NCBI RefSeq assembly: GCF_018977255.1
Contig: NW_024704743.1
Span: forward strand, 99,078,001-99,142,000
Source of the DNA: Callorhinchus milii
Lineage: Eukaryota
Direction: 5' to 3'
Length of the DNA: 64,000 nt
Below are positions 12,813-22,886 of the stretch, piece after piece. A program made the position numbers and the translations under genes. The stretch's first letter is position 1; each line of letters begins with the position of its first letter. The notes below the pieces were generated by a model, which had not been told where the DNA came from, made no database searches, and saw only the letters and a program-made list of their open reading frames with translations.

Positions 12813-14178
12813 CTGAAGAAAGCACAATCTATTTCAGATGAAATGACAGCAATTTTAACTTCATTTTGCAAATCATGAAAAGACAATAGATTATTATGCA
12901 CCTTTCTAAAAAANTGACAATTTAGGACAAATGTAAAACAAAAATTCAAAGTGGAACAGTGGTATGCTGGTCAAGGAAACCATCAATATTGAAAAGGTTA
13001 AAGGAATTGAGAGCAATGGGTTAGCACTCTCACCTTTGTGAACCAAACTAAAATAGACCAAATTGAGCTGGACATCACCTCAGTTGTATACAAACCCTAC
13101 TTGAAATAAGTTTAGGCAGTCTCAATCTAATTCCCACTGCTGATGAATCCACAACACAAAATCTAAACCACTTTGCACAGTGTTTACATTATTAGTTTAT
13201 CTCCAGAGGCAATTAGTAATGGAAACAGATAGTTGATCTTGCAAACCTCGACTTGAAGTTGGATCTTATTACCTTGGAATACCAACTCAAAAACAAGTCT
13301 GTAAATTGAACTGGTGATTTTCTACAAAACGCTCTTTTCCTCTTAAATATCACTTTCATCATCAGTGACAGAACAGTAACCAGAAATCCTTTACCCCATT
13401 AAATGGCCCAAAATACTCCTCTCGGACACAAGCTTAGAAGAATAAAACATAAGCTGTTAACAGATATTAATACAACTCAGTGTTTTCTGTATATTAGCAT
13501 GGAATCATCGTTTTCATTTCATTCCTGGATCCTGAACTAAACTGCTCTGCTGGCATACATTACTGGGAGGAACTAACCTAGGACTATTGAGGGTACAGTC
13601 TTTGAACCAATTGGAGCTAGACAAACACAAGAAAGTTTCAGTACCAGGTGGGGCATTGTACAATTACCCATACAAAACACCAGCTAAAACCTACCCTGTT
13701 CTCAATTGCTATTTAGACATGCATACTTTCCAGCAGGGACCACTCAAGAGCAATAAAAAGCAGGAAGGTTTTTATAACAATTGGAAGTTTTTGAGAAATT
13801 AAGTGGAGATCTTTAAAATACGGGATAATTAAAAAAATGTAACTGAGTCCACTTAATCAGACAAATCAACAGATATGGGTATCAGGCAAGAGTTAAGATG
13901 ATATGAGTGTAACTGAGTTCATGTAAACAAAGGCAAATATGAACTGAGGAATGAGTTCCATCTAAACCAGGAATTATGAATGGTACACAACAATGTTGTC
14001 TGGTACAACAGTGTTCTAGACTAAAATCAATGTTTTTATGATAACCATCATCATAACCACAAGGGAAACCCAACAAGATCTGTATTCTGTAGCTGGGAAA
14101 GGTGAAAATAACCCAATTTTGTTTTAAAGTTATACACATTAATACATACACACATTTCTTCCATTACATACAAAATAC

Positions 14179-16642
14179 CTCATCTGCTTCAGATTCAGCT
14201 TCCACATTTGGCACCTCTGGCTCATCTTTTCTGTAGAATAATTCTATTAGCTTCTTGACTTTTTCAGGTGTGCTATTTTCAGATATATTTTTACTATTAA
14301 GAGTACCTTTTCCAAGCTCCTTTCGAAAAGATACATTTTTAGATTTATTTTGCTCACAAGTAACACCATTTTCTTCTTTGGTTTCCGTAGGCACCCCATT
14401 AGGCAATTTCTCCTTCTCAATTGTTTTATTAACTGTTTGAACTACTACCTGTGAAACTGCTTGCTTTAATTCCAAGTTTTTAAGCTTTTGGATAGTTTTA
14501 ATGGCATTTATTTTTTTCTGATCAGTTTTAATTTGCTTAATTCTAGTCCAACTATTTCCTTTTTGTAAACTATATCTTGTATTCATACATTTATTATGCT
14601 CAATTAATTTACGTTTCGCACATTTTTGTCCTGAAAATTTGAATTTTTTAAGGCTGGAAAATGTCACCCTAGACTGTGTTTTTTTCTTAACATCCTCTGG
14701 TATAATGGCTTCGGGTTCTTTTTGGACATTTTCATTCTCTATTTTTGTGGGCTCTGTCTTCACTGAAGCATCAAGAGTGTCAGAAGCTATCTCGTCTGCA
14801 ATTTCTTCGCACAGTTCTAGAATACTTTGACGCTTACATTTTGCATCATCTTCAGTTTGCAGAGATGGACTTTCCACTACTTTTTTAGGACATATTTTAT
14901 TTTTGCTAGCTTTACATTTCAATTTGTGTGATGGTTTTGAAGGATGAAGATGTTGTTTCAAAGAGTGGTTCACTCTTTTCTGTCCTGAAGCATTTATAGT
15001 TTTATTCATTGATTTTACTCCATTCTTTTCTTTAGCGTTGTCACTGGTTACTTTTGCTAGCTTCTGAACTGGACCTTTCTCTTCCAGTTTTTGTCCATCA
15101 CTTTGCAATGAAGCATCCCTTTTAACTTTTGTTTCAGAATGTTCTTGTGAAGAAACCAGTGTACTAGATTTTTTTTCTATGTCAATTTCTGTACCCTCAG
15201 ATGTCTTCTCAACACTAGGAATGCTTGCTTTCTCCATTTCAACTTTACCTGCACCTTTAGTGCATGATATCTTTAAAACCTTTTCTTTGGGAGTCTGCTT
15301 AACTTTCTCCAGTTTTGTTTTGCTTCCATGTTTAGGATATAATTTTGTTTCTCCTGTCTTTGAAGATTTATTACAGTTTTTTTCCGATGGTGATACAGCC
15401 TCAGAATGTTTGGAAGATAAGTCACTCAATTTCCTTTTTACTGATTTTGTTTGATGAGGAATTGTACTGGATTTTCTGCCTATAGGAAGGGTAGACCTTG
15501 TTGAAAGTGGAAGAGTCAAATTCAGTCTCTGTGATGATCTCACTTGCCTTTTATTCTGGATTTGCTTAGTCACTGATTTTAATTTAGAATCTACCACCTG
15601 CTGAATTTTCTCTTTTAAAGTGCCTCGACTAGATCTGGTTTGAGGTTTCACGGTTTCAATAAGCTCCTGCTTCACCGTAACAGGTTGCACCGATGAATTT
15701 GTTCCCCTTTTTTGCTGTGTCCTCTTTGCAGATTTCACATTATGTTGTGTCTTCTCAGAAAGTTTTTCTGAAGTACCTTCATCAAATTTGACTACATTTT
15801 TAGAACTGTTGTGAGAAGTTGATTGTTTTCTAAGTCCACTTTTTGAAGTCACAGGTTTCAGAGTTTTTTTTACAGCCCGCTTCTTAATATTCTTAACAAT
15901 TACTGATAAAGGTTTCACATTTTTCTTTTCAGTTTTAAATTTAGTGATATCACTCTTAGACTTGACAGTTTTCTTAGATTTCTTGGTGTCTGTTGTAATT
16001 CTTAAGCAAGAATTTTCCATGGTTCGAAGAGATTTTTTCTGAGATTGTTTATTCATGTTTCGCGTAAGTTTTCTTTTAGAACAATTTTTTGATGACGCAA
16101 TTTTTGAGGTTTGTTTTGAGGAGCTCTCTTTGGATATACGTAGATCTTTCCGAGTAGCTTGTGACTGAGAAATTCTACTACTCTGAAGCCTTGTCCGTGA
16201 AACCTTGTCAGAGCCTCCTTTACTGACAGCTTTACCAGTGCATTGCCTTTTTGTAACTTTCCTTTCAGGTAATACTTTCATCTTTGATACAGTACGGTCT
16301 ACGTTTTTTTTCTGGTGGGAAGATTTCTGTAATGCACTTTTTTTAAGTGAAGGCTTAGTAGATTTCTTCATGACTGCAGACATTCTTTCTGTTTCCTTTA
16401 CCATTGTTTTTGTTGCTTGCCCATTTGGCTTTGTAGGTGTTTTAGCAGATGCTCTGTTCACCTTAACATTTGTTCTTCTGAGTGTTTTATTATTGCCTTT
16501 GTCTATTGACAACTGAAATGATTTCAAAGGTGACGGTTTCACAAACTTCTTTCTAAATTGAATCGACAAAGCCTTATCCTCCAATCTCTGCTTTTTGGCT
16601 GAAGGTTCGCCTCTTGTTGAGCCATTTCTTCGCCGGGATAAT
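14179..16642 (-). CDS. ESCO1: ESCO1 large exon (2464 nt), Lys/Ser/Thr-rich N-terminal region
   Basis: 806-aa ORF, open up to acceptor tttttaacag. Donor GAG|gtattt. Contains SILELCEEIADEIASD and splices in frame to the downstream ESCO1 exons. Confidence 0.88.
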
Positions 16643-17048
16643 CTGTTAAAAAGAATAAAATGATTTATTGTACAGAAGTGTCATTTTCATTGAAGTGATT
16701 AATTCAAAAATAAAATATTTATCAATTGACAATTGGGACGTAGAAAAAGCAGAATTCCATAAGTTTAATTGTAAAGCATTTTTTTCTGCTCCCATTTCCT
16801 CATGCCATGCATATAAAGTTGAGAAGGTGGCAGTTGACTATTACTCTGAAACTAAACATTTAACAATGAAATCCTTCCTGGTCTTCCTGGAGGAAAAGAA
16901 CACAACTTCCACTAATCACTTGAATTTGTTCTTTTGCTCTTTCAGTAAATTCACATATGCAACAAATAAAACTAATTGCTAAACTGCCAGTGGCCTCAAT
17001 CAACACCAACCCAAAGTTGGTTTGTGTGTGTAAAAGCTTCACAATCAA

Positions 17049-17560
17049 GAACAACAACAACAACAAGATTCCATTTATAGAGCGCCTTTCACGTCGGGAG
17101 GACGTCCCAAGGCGCTGTACAGTTGGGTCAGGATCCGAGCAGGGGGGAAATGGTCAGGGTGAGGGGAGGGAAGGGAGGGAACGAGGAGGGGGTAGAGAGT
17201 CGCGAGGGGAGCTGAAGGCACGGTCAAAGAGAAAGGTCTTGAGACCGGCCTTGAAGGAGGAAAGGGAGGAGGCGGCGAAGGCACTGCGGGATAGAGTTCC
17301 AGAGCCTCGGGGCTGAGAGGCTGAAGGCCCGGCCACCGATGGTAGAGCGGTTGGGGCGGGGGATGTGGAGCAGACCGAAGCCAGAGGAACGGAGGGTACG
17401 GGCAGGTAAGTAGGGGATAGTAGGTCAGAGAGGTAGGAGGGAGCGAGGCCATGACTGGCCTTGTAGGTGAGGATGAGGATCTTGAATTCGATCCTCTGGG
17501 GGATGGGGAGCCAGTGGAGGCGAGCGAGGGTGGGAGTGATGTGGTCGCGAAGCCTGGTGC
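17049..17560 (-). mobile_element. L2 LINE 3' end, same subfamily as 30545-31918
   Basis: Nearly identical by eye to 30545-31055, with (TTG)n tail. Confidence 0.9.
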
Positions 17561-17607
17561 AGTCTCCAATTTTAATATGTCCTGAGTTGGATGCCGTAAG
17601 TCAAGTA

Positions 17608-18004
17608 GGTGTCAGCCTCGCTCAGTTGGTAGAACTCTCTAGAGGCAGAAGGCTGTGATTCACGTCAGACTTTGAACTTGGTCGACGCTGACACCAATGC
17701 AATGTTGGGGGAGCGATGCATTGTCAGAGTTGGTGTCCATTGGTTGAGACATTAAACAGAGGTCCAAACTTCCTCTTCCGGATGAGATTAAAGATCGCAT
17801 GGCACTACTTGAGAAAAGAAGGGAACACTGGCCAACAAATCTCCAGTATAGAGTTGGTCATTCACTTTATGGCTGGGGAGATTGCTGTACAAACAGGCTG
17901 CTGCTTTTGCCTACAAATACAGTCACTACAATTCACAGTAAATCTTGTAAGCGCTTTGAGACAGCTCTACAAAATGATAGGATGCCACATCAAATGCAAA
18001 GATT
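17608..18004 (+). mobile_element. Deu-domain (DeuSINE / SacSINE1-like) tRNA SINE
   Basis: Head GTCAGCCTCGCTCAGTTGGTAG, central TGAGACATTAAACAGAGGTCC...TAAAGATCGCATGGCACT resembling the Deu domain (recalled from memory), L2-type tail. Confidence 0.7.
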
Positions 18005-19408
18005 GAGTATTTCTACAATTGGGCTACAACAATTGACCTCATCACCTTAGAGAGAAAAGACTTAAAATTCTAATGAGCCAAACCCGAACAGGAAGGTGTG
18101 CATGTGTGGACATTTTCGGTCCACGACTGTTTGTGGGACACTGCTGTGCGCAATTGGCTGCCACGTTTCGCCCACAAATATACAGTCAATTCACTTTACA
18201 GTCGAGAAGACGTGAAAAGCGCTTTATCAAATGCAAGGATTATTATAAGGGAGCTTGGCTCAGTCGTTATCTTCCACAGTTGACTAGCAACTTTACTGCT
18301 AATATTACATGAACTTTTGGGTGAAGTACCATCAGCTTTGATTCCATATTGATTCTTGACCCTAAAAAAATGGTTTAAACAACATTCACTCTAATGATAG
18401 ACAAGACGACACATGGAGCATGTGTGGTATTCTATAAATACAATATTTACCAAATACATACTTCTGTTTGAGAATAATATGCCCCATAAGTGACAAATAT
18501 GGCAGACAATACTCCTGGCCAATACCTTGATTTGTAACAAAACATCTTGCCAACAATAAATTTTAACTTTTAAAATCTGTAGTGACTGCACTATCATAAT
18601 CATATTTTATAATAACTTTTATGAGACTAATTTCTGGAGCATTCTTTCCCTTAATTTGCACTCTTATGTACTGACTTTCATAAAGGAAAACATCTCAAAA
18701 GCACTTCACAGAGACTGAGTGAAAGACTGAGGACGGTGGGAAAAAGAAGATATTGCCGGGCAGAGAGAAGGAACTGGCAAAGGAACCGGGTTTTGCACTG
18801 GAAGTCTTCAGCTTTTCTGCCCCCAACCTCTGGAACTCCGTCCCAGAATCCCTCTGCCTCACCGATAATACAGCTACAGAGTCAGTTCCAAATTAAAAGT
18901 AATTTGTCCAGATATTTTCACACAAGTCTGCAGTTATCACCAAGAAGTACAATTTTGCATCCGACGTGAAGTCATTTTTTTTGCGTACAGGCCAACACCA
19001 TTGCAGTCTCAACACTAATTAAACATTAAAACAAGCCCTAGTCAAAGTAAAGTTGACTAAATCCCACAGCTTTATCTGACATTAAACGATAAAGCAGACA
19101 GGTTTCTTGGATAATCGGAACTTCAGTCGTCCCTTGCGAAAGAAACTGTGATCTGGTTGGACTGTGATTTCCGGACGAGACGAAAATAACCATCCGACTT
19201 GCGAGGTGTAAAAATTAATGATTGGCCGCCGTTTTATAAGAGCGCCAGTAGCTGCTTTTAAAGCGCTTTAAGGACAATAAATTAGAATAAAACGAGTGTG
19301 TGGTGGCTGTGGTGGTGGAAATAAACGGGGAGAAAAAGGTCGGAAGCGGAAACTGGATGCAAGATGGCGGTGGCCAGACAGTCTCTCTCGGATCATCAAA
19401 GGGGACGG

Positions 19409-19503
19409 GACACACACACACACACACACACAGGCTTTTATTTATCTCAAATTGTAAATAAAAATACACACGCCGCAGTGTCGACACGATAAGTGGCTGC
19501 GAC

Positions 19504-19538
<35 letters not shown>

Positions 19539-19985
19539 AATGGCCGGTTTGGAGCTCTGGTCGGGGCTTGAGAATGAAGTCGGACACATCGGCAGACCGT
19601 GGCCGCGCTGATGTCCGTCTCTCCCGCCCTCGCCGGGGCCGGTGTGTAAACGGTCAACGGGGCTTGGGCCCCGGCGGCGGCGGCTATTTCCAAGCGGGGC
19701 CTTCCCCCCCCACCAACACACACACACACACACACAACACATGGGGATGGGGGGAGTGGAGGAAGAAGGGGGTGGGATCGGTCGGCCTCTCACCCTCGCT
19801 CGGGTTTCACCGGTCCCGCTTTCCGTTTCTCAGCTCCCATGACAGCACCGCGGCGGCGGCGACGACGACGACGACGAGATGCGCGTTTAAAAAAAAAACC
19901 AAAACTTTTCTTTTCGCGGAAAACAAAAATCACCTTTGCCGCCGCCCCGTCCGCGCACAACACACACACACACACACACCTCTCT
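19409..19985. repeat. Microsatellite cluster at the edge of the CpG island: (CA)n x3, (TA)n, (GGC)n(GAC)n
   Basis: Read directly from the sequence. Confidence 0.9.
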
Positions 19986-20256
19986 GTCTCTCTCTCTCTC
20001 CAAAAATAAGAATTAAAATAAAAACGCAGCGGGGGAGCAGAGCGGCCGGTTGCCCTGTGCGCGTTTCAGACGGCGCCGCTGTGCTGTGGGAGACACCGGC
20101 CCGGGACCGGGCTGACGCTGACGCCCGCGCTCCCCGGACTCGAACCAACCGCCGACAGCCCGCGGCCGCCTTCCTCCTCTCGAGACATCTCGCCGCCGAC
20201 CCCTTAACCGCGCGTGCGCACTCCCCCACCCCCTACCGCTCACGTGAAGTGGTCGC

Positions 20257-20287
<31 letters not shown>

Positions 20288-20780
20288 TCTCGCTCTCTCT
20301 CTCTCTCAGCGGTGGCCCTCTACCACGCATGCGTGCGTGCCTGCACACCCCTCCCCCCCCACACACACACTCCCTCACACTCCCTGTCACCCTCTTTTCG
20401 TCACGTGTACTCGCCCCACCACCTCTGCACACTCTACTGACCCGCCCCACCCTCAACACCACCACCGCCCCCACCCCCCCCACCCGCCGCGCTTCACCTG
20501 CCACTTCCTATCCGCCCCCACGTCCGTTGCTGGGAGGGGCTGCCCGGCTTTCGAGCTCTTTGCCCCTCTGCCCTCCAGACCTCCATCCCAGAGTCCTTCC
20601 GACTCGCTCCTTCCCGCACCTCGTTCGAGATCCGTCTCCAGACCTACCTCTTTGGCCACGCAGTTGGTCGTGTTTCCTTGCTCCTCACCCCATCCCACCA
20701 GAACTTAATCAACCCCGTGGTGGTCTGTGTGGTCCGGTTCCTGAGCCAGGCGATTCCCCAGTACTCCGGAGCACTCGGAG
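19540..20780. promoter_or_regulatory. CpG island / ESCO1 promoter and first exon
   Basis: Only CpG-dense non-repeat block in the window. NRF1-type TGCGCACGCGCG (20209-20220, - strand), E-boxes CACGTG (20241, 20402), and (CG)n, (CT)n and (CA)n tracts. Confidence 0.85.
19794..19840 (-). CDS. ESCO1: ESCO1 putative first coding segment (MGAEKRKAGPVKPER + GG)
   Basis: ATG in strong context (gtcATGG) inside the CpG island. Donor GG|gtgaga is phase 2, which matches the 1-nt overhang at the start of the large exon (GG+A = Gly). Confidence 0.65.
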
Positions 20781-22734
20781 TAGCTCACTGGGAGCTGAGA
20801 TTCTTCACATTCAGCTCCTGTTAACCGACAAGTCAAAGCCCTAACAGGCAGCGTGGACTGAGCTGGACAAGCAGAGGGAAGCTTGCCAGACAGTGTTCTC
20901 AACGGCAAGCTATTCACTTTTAATGGAAATTTCCAGCATTATCAAAATACACACTCTGGGATCCCCAGGAACCTGCACCTAATGCTGTTTGAGATGAGGT
21001 AATCCGGGGGCATGGAGAGAGTATGCTTATCATTCCAGATGTGGAAATTTCCACACAAGAATTCCTTCTGACTTGGATACTCTTAAGCATAGTGATGCAT
21101 GTCTGATGTGTCAGACTCTTACCTGACCAAAAATCATTGGTGCCTGTTGAGCATCCATAGTCTAGATCCTCTTTCCATTAGTTTATCTGAACCAATTGCT
21201 CTGTGAGCAAAGACTGAGTTTTCTCCTCCTTAAGTAGAAAGGCTATTGAGACCATTAGTAGTCTTAATCTGGCTCAGTTCCATTCCTGCCTCTGAGTCAA
21301 AAAATTGTGGGTTCATACCCAACTTGAACTCACAATCTAGGTTGGTACTGGGAAGCGCTGTATTGTCAGGTGCCGTTCTTCAGATGTGACATGAAACAAA
21401 GTTTTTTTCTGCCTACAAGATGAATGTTAAAAGATCCCATGGCATTATTCAAAAAGAGAAAATAGTTACTCCTGGTATCCTGGTCAACAATCCCCCAAAT
21501 AAAATTGGTCAGTCACTCTATGGCTGTTTATGGGACATCACTGTGTGAAAATTGTCTGCCGTGTTCACTTACAAATACACAGTTACTACACTTTACAGGA
21601 AATCCAATTTGAGACATTGGATCAATGTCAAACAAAAAGATTATTTTTATTATTATAACTTACTGTTCATGTACTGCTTATTTCTAACAAATATCAGAGG
21701 ACACCCAGTGTCCAATGGTCTGAGCTGTTCTACTTAAGGAGGAGCAAACCCTCAGCCTTTGCTCACAGAGCAATTGGTTCAGACAAGTTAACGGAAAATA
21801 GTCTTAAAGGTCTAAAGTCTGAATTATAGTTATCTTCTCTTAAGATGATTTTTTAAAAAAAATTAAGTCCCCTTATCTTTAAAAATGGGATATCCAATAA
21901 TTTTTGACAAATTTGCCAATTTTGATTGGTAATTAATTCAATGTTTGCGGGTGAGATGTTCCTGTGAATACTACATTACACTTAGAAATGAAGTGTCAGT
22001 GTCTGGTACCAATCTGTAACATGATATATAAATAGTGTTCCTTTAATTCTTTCAGTTTGTAACATACAGTACCTAAATCTTGCATTAATTTCCCTTTTGA
22101 ATGAAGAATTAAGATTACAATCCACAATAAAAACTTTGACATATTTGCCTGGATGCATCTGTTATATATAGTGTATGAAATGATCTCTGATCTTCGTTCA
22201 TTCCATCTCATCCTTCCAGAACACCAACCCTACCTTTTTCCATTCCTGCAGAAAATTGCCTCTTAAATGTCTGTCCTGGTCTTTATCATCCAGTGCCTGG
22301 TAGTCCTTTCTTGTTGTTATTTACCCTAGTGCCTCCCCTGCGACTCTGGGACAATGGTTGAACTTGAAGATTTCACCTTGATTAAGTCTAAATCAAGGAG
22401 ATTGGCTTTGAAGCAAAGCTAAAATAGGATTGCAAAATTATATTTGTTGGTGCATTGAAGGAATGAGCAAAAATAAAGCCGAACGTACTAATGTAGTTGA
22501 GTCAAAGAATTTGCCTTTTTAATGCACCTTATCATGGTGAAACATTTCAACGTAATAATATAATAATAATCCTTGCATTTGATATAGCGCTTTTCATGTC
22601 TTCTACACGTCTCAAAGCGCTTCACAGAACACACTGCAAAATGAACCGACCATATACTTTGTGGACGAAATGCGGCATCCAGTAGAATAAGGAAACTTGC
22701 CCAAGGTTTCACTCTTCCGGGAATTGAACCCGGT

Positions 22735-22886
22735 AATAAATAATAAGTAATAAATATTATTTATAATAAATAATAAATGTTATTATATATTATATATGGT
22801 AAATATTATTATATATTATATTATATATTATAATAAATAAATAATAAATATAAATAAGAAAATAATAATAAGTAATAAATAAATAA
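22735..22886. repeat. AT-rich low-complexity tract
   Basis: Degenerate (TAA/TAAA/TA)n run adjacent to a SINE fragment. Confidence 0.85.

Noticed and set aside
18309..18361. Possible ESCO1 cassette exon with ATG (MESKLM...) after acceptor ttttttag
   Set aside because: Donors are weak and all phase 0 relative to that ATG, which is incompatible with the large exon. It could only be a UTR or poison exon, and there is no support.
19215..20917. Many overlapping long ORFs (up to 315 aa) on both strands
   Set aside because: Stop-poor GC-rich CpG island with microsatellite-encoded peptides (HTHT, YIYI, SLSL). No recognisable protein apart from the short ESCO1 start segment.
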